64,000 nt of DNA from Terriglobales bacterium (lineage in GTDB: Bacteria > Acidobacteriota > Terriglobia > Terriglobales > Acidobacteriaceae). The notes below the pieces were generated by a model. It was not told where the DNA came from and did not search any database. It saw nothing but the letters and a program-made list of their open reading frames with translations. Position numbers and translations under genes: made by a program. Shown here piece after piece: positions 38,683 to 50,105 of the stretch. The stretch lies in assembly GCA_963802555.1 (NCBI GenBank), contig CAWDJD010000003.1:88971-152970 (forward strand), read 5' to 3'. Within the stretch, counting starts at the first letter, position 1. Each line of letters opens with the position of its first letter.

Positions 38683-38974
38683 CCCCCTCGAGCAACGTTT
38701 CCCAGAAAAACCGCAAACAACTATTGGCGAGGATGTTAACCCACTTTCCTTCGAAAGCAAGCATTTTATTTGTTTTTTCGTCACAATTCGTGACAGGCAT
38801 TTTTACTGAAGAGTCAAGCTTAGTGCCTTTGGGTTAGTTCCCAGCCCCGGGACAATGGCGAGGCTTCTCCTCATCTCAAGCGGCTTCCCAAAATATTCGC
38901 TCCAAATGGACCGCCGAGCATTCTCTGATCTCATCCCGGTGCCGAAGGACTGGAATGGAAGAGCCCGGCTAGAG

Positions 38975-39062
38975 TACCGTCCCTTCGGGACTCGTTTCGT
39001 TCCCCGGCTTACCCGGCACTACCGTGCCGGGCTTTCCTGTACCGTGCCTTCGGCGCCGAAGC
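38975..39062 (+). repeat. REP-like element with hairpin cccggcac taccg tgccggg
   Basis: Intergenic. Hairpin-rich sequence (ttacccggcactaccgtgccgggcttt; gtgccttcggcgccgaaggc-like). Only one copy seen in this window, so the repeat status is inferred from structure. Confidence 0.35.
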
Positions 39063-39196
39063 TGCCCCGGCAACAAGCTGACCAAGCAGGAGCCGTGGTA
39101 AGTGTTAGCTGAACCAGAGGTGCTGATCTGATTTCGCAGACCAAGCTCTGCCCCAGACGCCAGTCGTCTTCGTCCTTGTGCGGGTATACTTTCGGG

Positions 39197-39439
39197 ATGG
39201 CGCGAGGTTGGGAGAGCAAGTCGGTGGAGGAGCAGCAGGCGGAGGCAGTGTCCCCGGCGAACCGATCGAGACCGTACCTTACCCCCGAAGAAATAACGGC
39301 ACGGCGCGAGCGGGAAGGACTCCTCCTTAGCCGGAAGCGGGTGCTGCAGCAACTGGAAGCAGTGCAACATTCGCAACATCGAGAAATGCTCGAAAATGCT
39401 CTCTCCGAGCTTGATGCCAAGCTTGCCAAATTGGGCTAA
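39197..39439 (+). CDS. small conserved-looking hypothetical protein
   Basis: 80 codons starting MARGWESKSVEEQQAE. Charged and helical. Directly upstream of purS. Confidence 0.5.
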   Translation: MARGWESKSVEEQQAEAVSPANRSRPYLTPEEITARREREGLLLSRKRVLQQLEAVQHSQHREMLENALSELDAKLAKLG

Positions 39440-39494
39440 GTCACTGTTTAGACGTACTTTGGTCACCTCCTGACGTATAATATGCTTTACCCCC

Positions 39495-39740
39495 ATGAAA
39501 GCTTACGTGTACGTTTCTTTAAAGAAGAGTGTTCTGGATCCGCAGGGCAAGACCATCCAGGGCGCGCTTAAGAAAATGGGCTACAAGGGATTGGAAGAGG
39601 TCCGCCAGGGAAAATACTTCGAGCTCACGCTCGACGGCGGGCTGAATCGAGCCGAAGCCGAAACCGAGGTTGGACGCATCGCTCGGGAAGTATTGACCAA
39701 TCCGGTGATCGAAGAATTTCGCTTCTCCCTCGAAGACTAA
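39495..39740 (+). CDS. purS: phosphoribosylformylglycinamidine synthase subunit PurS
   Basis: 81 aa, VYVSLKKSVLDPQGKTIQGALKKMGY..V..GKYFELTLD is a typical PurS pattern. Confidence 0.88.
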   Translation: MKAYVYVSLKKSVLDPQGKTIQGALKKMGYKGLEEVRQGKYFELTLDGGLNRAEAETEVGRIAREVLTNPVIEEFRFSLED

Positions 39741-39809
39741 CCATCTCCCCGGTTCCCATTCCAAAGGAAAGTATTCGGTGCCATCCACCGGATCAGGAGT
39801 CATTTTTCA

Positions 39810-41681
39810 ATGTGCGGGATTGTCGGATACGTCGGTAAAAAGCGCGTAGTGCCGGTCATCATTGACGGGCTGCGCCGGCTGGAATATCGCGGCTACGATT
39901 CCGCAGGGATTGCAGTCTGCGGCAATGGCGAAGGGCTGCAGATTCGCCGCGCCGAAGGCAAGCTACGCAATCTGGAGGAAGTGATCCGCCTGAAGCCGCT
40001 CGATGGCACATACGGAATTGGCCACACCCGTTGGGCCACCCACGGACGTCCCAGCGAAGAGAACGCGCACCCGCACCGGGATTGCACGGGTCGCATTGTG
40101 GTCGTCCACAACGGAATCGTGGAGAACTACGTTTCGCTGAAGAAAAAGCTCATCGAAGAAGGCCACAAGTTCACCACCGAAACCGACACCGAAGTGATTG
40201 CCCACTTAGTCGAAAAGTTTTATGCGAAGCACAACGGCAGCCGTCCTTCGCTGGAAGAAGCCGTGCGTAAAACCGTGAAGTTGCTGACCGGTGTGTTTGC
40301 CTTGTCGGTGATTTCGGTGGACGAGCCGGACAAGATTGTGGCCGCCCGCAACGGACCGCCGGCTGTCATCGGCCTGGGCAAGGACGAATATTTCGTGGCT
40401 TCCGATGTACCCGCGATTCTTTATCACACTCGCGATCTGTTCTTTCTGGCCGATGGCGATATGGCCGTCCTTACCCCCGACGGCGTGCAGCTCACTGACT
40501 TCGACGGACAACCCGTCGTGCGCCAGGTGCAGCATGTTACCTGGGACCCGATCATGGCGGAAAAGGGCGGGTTCAAGCATTTCATGCTCAAAGAGATTTA
40601 CGAGCAGCCGCGCTCGGTGCGCGACACCACGCTGGGAAGAGTTTCGCAAGAAACCGGCCACGTCTTCCTAGATGAAATGGAGATTTCGGAAGCTGAGTTC
40701 AAGGCCTGTAAGAAAATCAATATCGAGGCCTGCGGCACAAGCTGGCATGCCGGGCAGGCGGGCAAGTTCATGATCGAGAGCCTGGCCCGCGTCCCCGTGG
40801 AAGTGGATTATGCCAGCGAGTGGCGCTATCGCGATCCCATCGTGGCGGCTGAGACCATCACGATCGTGATTTCGCAATCGGGCGAAACCGCCGACACCAT
40901 TGCCGCGCAGCGAGAAGCGAAAGCCAAGGGATCAAAGACGCTAGCCATTTGCAATGTGGTGGGTTCGATGATCACGCGTGAGGCTTCCGGAACCATCTAC
41001 ACCCATGCCGGTCCGGAAATTGGCGTGGCATCCACCAAGGCTTTCACCGCGCAGCTCACGGCTCTTTACCTGTTCGCTCTTTACCTGGCGCAATTGCGCG
41101 GCGCCATGACCGAAGAGCAGGCGAAAGCTGCGGTGTTCGAGCTCACCCGCATTCCGGGGAAACTCGAGCATCTGCTTACGCATGATGAAGATTGCGAAGA
41201 CCTGGCCAAGCAGTACGTCCGCTCGCAGGATTTTCTGTTTCTGGGACGTGGCATTCATTACCCCATCGCACTTGAGGGCGCGCTCAAGCTGAAAGAAGTT
41301 TCCTACATTCATGCCGAAGGCTATCCGGCCGGCGAGATGAAACATGGGCCCAACGCACTCATCGACGAAAATCTGCCGGTGGTGATTATTGCGACACGTG
41401 ATCCCAAGAACGAGCTCTCCATGGTGCGCTACGAAAAAACCATGTCGAACCTGAAAGAAGTGAAGGCCCGCTCGGGAAAAGTGATTGCCATCGCCACGGA
41501 AGGCGACGAGGAGATCAAAGAAGCCGCCGATCACGTTCTTTATGTTCCCGCAGCCCCGGAAGAGCTGGCGCCGATTCTGGAAATCGTGCCGCTGCAGTTG
41601 CTGGCTTATCACATCGCTGTACGACGCGGATGTGACGTGGACCAGCCGAGGAATTTGGCGAAGTCGGTGACGGTGGAGTAG
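39810..41681 (+). CDS. glmS: glutamine--fructose-6-phosphate aminotransferase (isomerizing)
   Basis: Starts MCGIVGYVG (N-terminal Cys amidotransferase). Two SIS domains. C-terminal ..[13 protein letters not shown]. Confidence 0.97.
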   Translation: MCGIVGYVGKKRVVPVIIDGLRRLEYRGYDSAGIAVCGNGEGLQIRRAEGKLRNLEEVIRLKPLDGTYGIGHTRWATHGRPSEENAHPHRDCTGRIVVVHNGIVENYVSLKKKLIEEGHKFTTETDTEVIAHLVEKFYAKHNGSRPSLEEAVRKTVKLLTGVFALSVISVDEPDKIVAARNGPPAVIGLGKDEYFVASDVPAILYHTRDLFFLADGDMAVLTPDGVQLTDFDGQPVVRQVQHVTWDPIMAEKGGFKHFMLKEIYEQPRSVRDTTLGRVSQETGHVFLDEMEISEAEFKACKKINIEACGTSWHAGQAGKFMIESLARVPVEVDYASEWRYRDPIVAAETITIVISQSGETADTIAAQREAKAKGSKTLAICNVVGSMITREASGTIYTHAGPEIGVASTKAFTAQLTALYLFALYLAQLRGAMTEEQAKAAVFELTRIPGKLEHLLTHDEDCEDLAKQYVRSQDFLFLGRGIHYPIALEGALKLKEVSYIHAEGYPAGEMKHGPNALIDENLPVVIIATRDPKNELSMVRYEKTMSNLKEVKARSGKVIAIATEGDEEIKEAADHVLYVPAAPEELAPILEIVPLQLLAYHIAVRRGCDVDQPRNLAKSVTVE

Positions 41682-41692
41682 GAATCGGCCCT

Positions 41693-41836
41693 GTCATCCT
41701 GAGTGAAGTTGGCATCCGTGAAGCGGATGACAACGGAGTCGAAGGACCCCTACATCGCCACGGAACCGTGGAGCTATAGGGGTGCTTCGACTTCTTCGTC
41801 GTTCACTTCGTGAACGACTCACTCGCTCAGCATGAC
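41693..41836. repeat. full-length palindromic MITE/REP-like element
   Basis: gtcatcctgagtg ... gagtcgaaggaccccta ... taggggtgcttcgact ... gctcagcatgac. Lies directly after glmS. Confidence 0.85.
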
Positions 41837-41875
41837 AATGGTTCTAATTGCAGTGCGGTATCATCTAAAAACTAG

Positions 41876-42597
41876 ATGGCTTTCCAAACTCTCACTGCGC
41901 GTCTAACGCGATCTCTCGCGCTCTCCGCTTTCACCAAGCACCTGGAATTTGAAATGAATGGACAGGCACGCTTTGGCTTTGTTGCAGGGCAGTGGCTCTC
42001 GTTGAAACACAACCAAGCGGATGGCGAAGAAATCACCCGCGCCTATTCGATCGCTTCCCCGCCGGGAGAGAGCAATCAGTTTGCTCTTTGCCTGAACCGG
42101 GTGCAGGATGGTTTCATGTCGAACTTTCTCTGTGACATGAAAGAGGGTGACGAAATTTCCTGCCAGGGGCCGTTCGGGGATTTCATCTCTGCGTCCGCCC
42201 GCTGCGGGACACGGTCTTCATTGCGACTGGTACTGGGATCGCGCCGTTTCGTTCGATGCTTCATTGGCTGCTGGCCGATGCGTCGCGGCATCAGGGGAAA
42301 AATCTGTCACTGGTGTTTGGCAATCGCACCGAGCAGGACATCTACTATCACGAGGAATTCCTGCGTCTGGCGGCGGAGCATGCGAACTTTCATTATCTGC
42401 CGACGTTGAGCCGCGGCGCTGCGGAATGGCAGGGGCTGCGAGGATACGTACAGGAGCACGTGCCGTCCATCGCGCAGGGCAGGACAGATATGCATGCCTA
42501 CATCTGCGGGCTGGACAAGATGGTGAGGGCCAATCGCGAGCTGCTCAAGGGACTGGGCTGGGACCGGAAATCGATTCTGTATGAAAAGTACGACTAG
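41876..42597 (+). pseudogene. FNR-like FAD/NAD(P)-binding oxidoreductase, frame broken near 42188-42202
   Basis: The N-terminal FAD-binding part (GQWLSL..RAYSIASPP..GPFGDFI) is in one frame. The NAD-binding part (LRDTVFIATGTGIAPFRSMLHWLL..LVFGNRTEQDIYY..YICGLDKMV) is in another. LRPP appears in the third frame in between. Confidence 0.85.
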
Positions 42598-42705
42598 GCC
42601 GTCGCGGGTGTAAAATGGGGCCGCTCAACGGCCACCAAGTCTTTCCTCACCAGGCCGATCTTCTGAGGGGTGGCCGCCGAACAAATTCCACTCGGAGAGT
42701 GCCTA

Positions 42706-43497
42706 ATGAAAAAACTCTTGTTCTTCTCGCTTCTTGCTCCTCTGCTTTTCGTGTCAACGATGTCATTCGGCCAGAGTCCGTTCGACGGGACCTGGATGAC
42801 CAAACTGGACACAGCCAAGTTTCCCACCAAGCCCGACAAATACACGGTGAGTAACAACATGTATGAATGCCTGACCTGCGTTCCCAAAGTCGCGGTGAAA
42901 GCCGATGGGACCGATCAGAAGGTCACCGGACATCCCTACTATGACACCATTGCGGTGCACGTCGTGGATGCCAGTTCAATTGAGATCATCCGCAAGAAGG
43001 ACGGGAAGACGATGGTGACCGATACGCAGACGGTCTCGTCCGATGGAAATACCATGACCGATAAATTCACTGATGATACGGAAGCGAAGCCCGTTACCGG
43101 TGAGGTGACCGAAACCAGAGTGGGCAAGGCACCGGCGGGTGCTCACGCAGTGTCCGGGGAATGGCGGACGTCGAAAGTGAATAGCGTCTCGGACAATGGC
43201 CTCACCGTCACTTATCACGCCAGCGCGGATGGCCTGAAAATGGCGGACCCCAACGGCGAAAGTTATGACGCGAAGTTCGATGGCAAAGACTATCCCATCC
43301 AGGGAGACCCGGGACACACCATGGTTTCGCTGAAACGGATCAACGACCGAACCATCGAGGAGACCGACAAGCGCGACGGGAAAATCGTCGGGGTGTACCG
43401 CATGACGGTTTCACCGGATGGCAAATCAATCAATGCCGAGTACACCGATAAGGAGCACGGCACGACCACGAGCTTCACGATGGAGAAGCAGTCGTAA
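42706..43497 (+). CDS. hypothetical secreted beta-rich protein
   Basis: ATG at 42706 preceded by GGAGAG. Signal peptide MKKLLFFSLLAPLLFVSTMSFGQ. Two similar halves (..DGTW.., ..SGEW..). Confidence 0.6.
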   Translation: MKKLLFFSLLAPLLFVSTMSFGQSPFDGTWMTKLDTAKFPTKPDKYTVSNNMYECLTCVPKVAVKADGTDQKVTGHPYYDTIAVHVVDASSIEIIRKKDGKTMVTDTQTVSSDGNTMTDKFTDDTEAKPVTGEVTETRVGKAPAGAHAVSGEWRTSKVNSVSDNGLTVTYHASADGLKMADPNGESYDAKFDGKDYPIQGDPGHTMVSLKRINDRTIEETDKRDGKIVGVYRMTVSPDGKSINAEYTDKEHGTTTSFTMEKQS

Positions 43498-43591
43498 GAA
43501 ACGTAATTGCAGAGACGTGGGGAGGGCTGGGTGCAGTCCTTCCCTGCGTCTTGCTTTCCCTCGGAGTTGGGCGAGTAATCGCCCGAGACGA

Positions 43592-43984
43592 TCAGAACAG
43601 CTCGATCTCGACCGTGCGGCCGGAGGCGGAAGCGAGACGGGCGTCGCGGGTTACCAACGTCGCGCCGAGATTTTCGGCGAGCACTACGTAGGCTGCGTCA
43701 TAGGCGGACAGGTTGTGGCGAAGCTGCCAAATGCGGGACAGGAACACGAAATGGGGATAACGCGTTACCCGGAGATCCATCAGGTCCTGGATCGCTTCCT
43801 CCGCGCGGGGAGCTGAGATCACAGTTTCCCGGACCAGCCGCCGCAATACCTGCGCGACCTCGAGGTCCAGCAGGTGCGGGGCATGCAGAGATTCTTTGCG
43901 CGCGTAAATCCGTTCTTCGATCTGCCGTCCCGCGGAGGTCTGAAGCAGCCAGTCCACTGCGGCGGACGCGTCCACGACGATCAC
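43592..43984 (-). CDS. vapC: PIN-domain toxin (VapC family)
   Basis: PIN motif order: MIVVDASAAV.., LLDLEVAQVL, YDAAYVVLAE..ATLVTRDARL. Overlaps the upstream antitoxin gene by 4 nt. Confidence 0.88.
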   Translation of the reverse strand: MIVVDASAAVDWLLQTSAGRQIEERIYARKESLHAPHLLDLEVAQVLRRLVRETVISAPRAEEAIQDLMDLRVTRYPHFVFLSRIWQLRHNLSAYDAAYVVLAENLGATLVTRDARLASASGRTVEIELF

Positions 43985-44211
43985 CGGGCCTCGCGTTCTT
44001 CCTGCACCAGACGAGCGGTGTCGAGTTGGACTCTTACCGGCTTGCGGGTATGCAGACGATCGCGCAGCTCCGCCAGGGTGGGCCGCTCGGCAATCTCTTT
44101 GATTTCCGCCAGCAAGTAATCCGATAGCGACATCCCGGCCAGGGCGGCGCGGGCCTTCAGGCCACGATGTAGGGCATCCGGCACGTTGCGAAGCTGGATC
44201 ATCTTTGACAT
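43981..44211 (-). CDS. ribbon-helix-helix antitoxin (FitA/VapB-like)
   Basis: 76 aa. IQLRNVPDALHRGLKARAALAGMSLSDYLLAEI is a typical RHH antitoxin N-terminus. Translationally coupled to vapC. Confidence 0.8.
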   Translation of the reverse strand: MSKMIQLRNVPDALHRGLKARAALAGMSLSDYLLAEIKEIAERPTLAELRDRLHTRKPVRVQLDTARLVQEEREAR

Positions 44212-44244
44212 GTTAATAGCATACTTTCATGTGCGTAACATGTC
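44207..44244. promoter_or_regulatory. 9-bp inverted repeat GACATGTTA-N20-TAACATGTC at the antitoxin start (candidate operator)
   Basis: Perfect arms at 44207-44215 and 44236-44244. A third CATG-containing half-site lies in the spacer. The left arm covers the antitoxin ATG. Confidence 0.45.
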
Positions 44245-44321
44245 AAGATCGCGGGTGATCGGAAGTCGATTCTTTATGTGAGAAGTATGGCTAAGCTGTT
44301 ATCATCTGGATTGACCCCTGC

Positions 44322-44339
44322 GAACTAACTAATTAGTTC
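44322..44339. promoter_or_regulatory. inverted repeat GAACTA-N6-TAGTTC upstream of the Phd-family antitoxin (candidate operator)
   Basis: Perfect 6-bp arms ending 7 nt before the ATG at 44346. TTGACC lies at 44311-44316. Confidence 0.4.
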
Positions 44340-44345
44340 AGAATT

Positions 44346-44639
44346 ATGGCGACATCTCCCAACTCGATTCCGAAGGTCGTCTCGGCACTGGCGGCCCGAA
44401 CCCAATTCGGTCAGCTCATGCGCCGGGCGCGAAACAACCAGACACGTTTCGTGGTGGATAAGCGGGGAGAGCCGCAAGTTGTCATTATGAGCGTGAAAGA
44501 CTTTCTTAAGACCATTGCTCCGGAAAAGAAAGTTGTCTCCGCCATTCGTGCCGCAGCAGCGAAGCAGGGAAAGAACAAACTATCCATGCGCGAGATCGAC
44601 AACGAAATTCGTGCCTACCGCCGCGAGCGCGCTCTCTAG
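44346..44639 (+). CDS. Phd/YefM-family antitoxin
   Basis: ARTQFGQLMRRARNNQTRFVVDKRGEPQVVIMSVKDF is a typical Phd/YefM fold signature. Immediately upstream of a PIN gene. Confidence 0.8.
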   Translation: MATSPNSIPKVVSALAARTQFGQLMRRARNNQTRFVVDKRGEPQVVIMSVKDFLKTIAPEKKVVSAIRAAAAKQGKNKLSMREIDNEIRAYRRERAL

Positions 44640-44645
44640 GATTCC

Positions 44646-45068
44646 ATGCGAAAAATCAGGATTGTGCTGGATACGAACGTAATCGTATCCGCTCACCTCA
44701 ATTCTGAAGGCCACGAACGGCATGTGCTGGATCTGGTGCTCGCCGGAAAATTGCAGCTCTTTGTGTCGGAGACGATCCTGGCCGAATATGACAGGGTCCT
44801 GCGGCGGCCGAAATTTGGGATCGATGCAAGGTCGGTCACTCGATCCATGCGTATGTTGAAAACTGTCTCTCGCCTGGTTCGAATTCAGCGCAAACTGGTA
44901 GTTGCCTCTGATCCCGACGACAATCGTTTTGTCGAATGCGCCGAAGTATCGAAGGCCGATTACTTAGTGACCGGCAACAAGCGCCACTTCCCCGCGCGCT
45001 GGCGGCGCACACAAGTTGTGAATTCGAGGGAATTGCTGGAATGGGTGATTCCGGAGTTACAACGATAA
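44646..45068 (+). CDS. PIN-domain toxin (second TA module)
   Basis: Motifs: IRIVLDTNVIVSA, ILAEYDRVLRRPKF, DPDDNRFVECA..ADYLVTGNKRHF. Confidence 0.85.
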   Translation: MRKIRIVLDTNVIVSAHLNSEGHERHVLDLVLAGKLQLFVSETILAEYDRVLRRPKFGIDARSVTRSMRMLKTVSRLVRIQRKLVVASDPDDNRFVECAEVSKADYLVTGNKRHFPARWRRTQVVNSRELLEWVIPELQR

Positions 45069-45109
45069 ACAGGGGACTCCGTGACTCTCACTCTACGTCT
45101 CCTCTCGCA

Positions 45110-46099
45110 TTAATTCTTAACCTCTTCTGCAATCAATTGGAACTTATCCTTTGCAATGCGCATTCGCGAAAGTGGTATCTCCTTCTCTTTGCAGACGCTC
45201 ACAACATCAGTACCTTTCGAGGTTTCAAAACGCGCGCCGATGAAAATTCTCGAAGGTACTGGCGATTCCTTCTTTCCGTCGTCTACGATGTCTGGCTTCT
45301 CTTGAAAGAGACGCCATTCCTTTTCATACGCCCAGCCCTCAAACTTGGTGAGCATGGCCAACAGAGGAAGCATAGGCTGAAAGTCTGAACGGGTCTCAGG
45401 ACCACCGCCCAGCCCGTCTACAAAAGGGCCCAAATCATAGAAGTCGTGCGAATACAAGACTGGGTACAGGTTCCTGAGGAAGAAGTGGTTCGGGTCAACC
45501 AAGGACTCAAGATTGTACTCGATGCAAAATCCTCTGTGGTGGTCCGCGTAATGACTCCACATCAGCAACGAATCGGATGCTTCGCTGAAGGAACAGATTT
45601 TTGCAAACTTACGCCACTCGGCGATTGTGTCCGTAGCAGCGTTTGCTAAGCCCGATACGGTAGCTGAAAAAAGTGCGGCTTCATTACTCCAGTTGCGACC
45701 CTGTTGAGCACGGGGCAGCGTCGGAAAATATCCGACAATCGCTTTGAGCGGTTCAGGACTAGTGAGTGCATCGTTGACTTGCTCGGCGCGGAGATAATCT
45801 TGGAGTTTGTGGGCTTTGATTACCTTTTTCACAAGCCGCACCTCAAGCAGCCTTTTCAGTTGCTCACTCGGCAACATGATCGAACAGTCGTAGGGATCGT
45901 TGTACGAATCGGGGGACGCCATCCACACGCTATCCGTTTTCAAACAATCGAGTGACTCAGGGCAATCCTTGCGGTACTTATAGATCCGCTTCGGCAAATG
46001 CTGCTGTTTGAAAACGATAGCCTCCTCGAACCGCGACCGCCCAAGCGTGGATGCTTCGAGAATCCTCTTCAATTCTTCTTGCCAGCCTTGGTGGAGCAT
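45110..46099 (-). CDS. DUF2971-like protein
   Basis: RIYKYRKDCPESLDCLKTDSVWMASPDSYNDPYDC and later LMWSHYADHHRGFCIEY match what I recall of the DUF2971 pattern. ATG at 46099 preceded by GGGAG. The ORF is open to TTG at 46111. About 48% GC on one sampled line. Confidence 0.65.
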   Translation of the reverse strand: MLHQGWQEELKRILEASTLGRSRFEEAIVFKQQHLPKRIYKYRKDCPESLDCLKTDSVWMASPDSYNDPYDCSIMLPSEQLKRLLEVRLVKKVIKAHKLQDYLRAEQVNDALTSPEPLKAIVGYFPTLPRAQQGRNWSNEAALFSATVSGLANAATDTIAEWRKFAKICSFSEASDSLLMWSHYADHHRGFCIEYNLESLVDPNHFFLRNLYPVLYSHDFYDLGPFVDGLGGGPETRSDFQPMLPLLAMLTKFEGWAYEKEWRLFQEKPDIVDDGKKESPVPSRIFIGARFETSKGTDVVSVCKEKEIPLSRMRIAKDKFQLIAEEVKN

Positions 46100-46207
46100 C
46101 ACGGCTCCCAATGTGGCGAACTGCCACCGCTCGATCTCATGGTGCTCTTCGAAAAGTTAAAACCTTCGAATGGCTGCATCCCGCTACGATATCACCGCAT
46201 CTAAACA

Positions 46208-46236
46208 TTGACAACGATCCACTCAGGTCTTATGAT
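46208..46236 (+). promoter_or_regulatory. sigma-70-type promoter for dnaK (TTGACA-N17-TATGAT)
   Basis: TTGACA at 46208-46213 and TATGAT at 46231-46236 with 17-nt spacing. Lies 67 nt upstream of the dnaK ATG, which has an AGGAGG Shine-Dalgarno. Confidence 0.6.
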
Positions 46237-46269
46237 GGCATCGTTTCCCGGCATAATCAGATTGATTAG

Positions 46270-48232
<1,963 letters not shown>

Positions 48233-48381
48233 GCTGTTAGCTAGTAGCTACTAGCTTGAAACGAATCGACCAGCAAGGCGTGGCCACGGATTTACGTGGA
48301 TTAACACGGATCAGTTCTTAGGACAATCCGCGAAGATCAGCGAGAATCCGTGGCCTGGTTTTTCAGTGAGGGGGAAACAAA

Positions 48382-48558
48382 GTGCAATTCGAAGTGAATG
48401 GTCAGGAATATTTCTTAAATCTTGTGGAGGATGAATCGCGCTGGTATGTTTTTGTGCCATCCCTCACGGGACTGCAGAAGATCCCGGTGTATGTGGATGG
48501 GCCGAAGTATGAACGCATTGGTGTGTTGTCGGCGGGACGGCATAAGATCCAGAACTAG
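48382..48558 (+). CDS. possible small protein (58 aa) between dnaK and dnaJ
   Basis: GTG at 48382 with GAGGGGG 7 nt upstream. Reads VQFEVNGQEYFLNLVEDESRWYVFVPSLTGLQKIPVYVDGPKYERIGVLSAGRHKIQN. Too short for the supplied ORF track. Confidence 0.35.
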   Translation: MQFEVNGQEYFLNLVEDESRWYVFVPSLTGLQKIPVYVDGPKYERIGVLSAGRHKIQN

Positions 48559-48587
48559 CATCGGAATCGGGGCGGAGGTCAGGAAGG

Positions 48588-48647
48588 TCGAGGTCCTTCG
48601 ACTCCGGTGTTGTCTGCTTCGCAGGCGACAACTTCGCTCAGGATGAC
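48588..48647 (-). repeat. half copy of the gtcatcctgagcg element (reverse orientation)
   Basis: gaggtccttcgactcc ... hairpin ... cgctcaggatgac. Lies just upstream of dnaJ. Confidence 0.75.
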
Positions 48648-48673
48648 ATAAGGTTTGCAGTAAGCTTCTACTC

Positions 48674-49894
48674 ATGGCGACCACCACCCAAAAAGACTAT
48701 TACGAACTGCTCGGTATAAAGAAGTCAGCGTCGGCGGACGACATCCGCAAGGCGTTCCGCAAACTTGCGCGCAAGTATCATCCCGACGTCAATCCTGGGG
48801 ACAAGGGCGCGGAAGAGAAGTTCAAGACGATGTCGGAGGCAAACGACGTCCTGAGTGATCCCAAGAAGCGCAAAATTTACGATCAGCTCGGCTTCTACTC
48901 CGACAATATTGATCCAGCCACGGCTGAGGCTTATGCCAACGCAGGTGCCGGTGGTGGTGGCGGCGGCGGTTACGCACCGCGCCAGCCGAGTGCGGCAGCG
49001 GGCTTTCAGGGCTCGAACTTTGATTTTGGCGGCTTCGACTTCTCCGACATGGCCGAAGGCGGGCATGGACGCAGCGCCGGCAGCGGCAGCTTCCGCGACA
49101 TCTTCTCTGGCATTTTCGGCGGGCGGGGTGCGGCTGCGCAGGAAGGGCCCGAGCCGGGACACGATCTCGAATATCAGGTCAATGTTCCCTTCTGGACGGC
49201 CATTCGCGGCGGCGTGATGCGCCTGAACATCACCCGGCGCGACACCTGCGCGACCTGCCATGGACAGGGAACCATAGAGGCTCCCGGCAAGTGTCCGGAA
49301 TGCGGCGGTACGGGCCAGGTGACACAAACCGGCGGACGCATGAAGTTCAATACCACCTGCGCGCGCTGCCATGGCACGGGAAAGAATGTTTCCACCTGCG
49401 CGGCTTGCCATGGTGAAGGCAGCGTCGAGCGTACGGAACCGTTGGAAGTTCGCATCAAGGCCGGTACGCGCGACGGGCAGCGCATCCGTGTTCCCAGCAA
49501 AGGCAACGCCGGATCGCGGGGCGGGCCTGCGGGCGACCTTTATGCGATTATCCGGACGGAGCCACATCCGATTTTCCAGCGCGATGGCGATGACATCCGG
49601 CTCACGGTGCCGGTAAGCGCGACCGAAGCGGCTTTAGGGGCCAAAGTTGAAGTTCCGACCATCGATGGCCGGGCCATGCTCAAGATTCCTCCTGGGACCC
49701 AATCCGGACAGAAACTCCGTCTGCGGGAAAAAGGGGTGCCCTCGGCCACGAAAGATGGCGTGCGCGGTGATGAGATTGTTGAAATTAAACTGACCGTTCC
49801 CATGCCTCGGGACGAACGGTCCAAGGAAATTCTGCGGGAGCTGGCGAAGTTGAATCCGGAAGATCCGCGAGAAGAGCTTTGGAAGAATGTCTGA
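48674..49894 (+). CDS. dnaJ: chaperone DnaJ
   Basis: J domain ([36 protein letters not shown]), a G-rich linker and four CxxCxGxG zinc motifs. Confidence 0.96.
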   Translation: MATTTQKDYYELLGIKKSASADDIRKAFRKLARKYHPDVNPGDKGAEEKFKTMSEANDVLSDPKKRKIYDQLGFYSDNIDPATAEAYANAGAGGGGGGGYAPRQPSAAAGFQGSNFDFGGFDFSDMAEGGHGRSAGSGSFRDIFSGIFGGRGAAAQEGPEPGHDLEYQVNVPFWTAIRGGVMRLNITRRDTCATCHGQGTIEAPGKCPECGGTGQVTQTGGRMKFNTTCARCHGTGKNVSTCAACHGEGSVERTEPLEVRIKAGTRDGQRIRVPSKGNAGSRGGPAGDLYAIIRTEPHPIFQRDGDDIRLTVPVSATEAALGAKVEVPTIDGRAMLKIPPGTQSGQKLRLREKGVPSATKDGVRGDEIVEIKLTVPMPRDERSKEILRELAKLNPEDPREELWKNV

Positions 49895-49934
49895 CCGCCG
49901 AGATGCCTTCCTATCGTTTCCAAACGCAACATTT

Positions 49935-50081
49935 GTCATGCTGAGCGAGTGAGCGGTTCACGAAGTGAGCGGCGAGGGAGTCGAAGCACCTCTATAGCGG
50001 CACACTGCCGTGGAGCTTGTAGGGGTCCTTCGACTGCGTGGCTGCTTCGCTTCGCGAAGCAGCCACTCCGCTCAGGGTGAC
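49935..50081. repeat. full-length palindromic MITE/REP-like element
   Basis: gtcatgctgagcg ... gagtcgaagcacctcta ... taggggtccttcgact ... gctcagggtgac. Lies after dnaJ. Confidence 0.85.
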
Positions 50082-50105
50082 AGATGTGCAATGTTGTGGT
50101 GAACC

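Noticed and set aside
43569-43584. Small GGGCGA-GTAA-TCGCCC hairpin, and the similar hairpin at 14220-14235, as terminators.
   Set aside because: The 6-bp stems have no U-tract. They are too weak to call from sequence alone.
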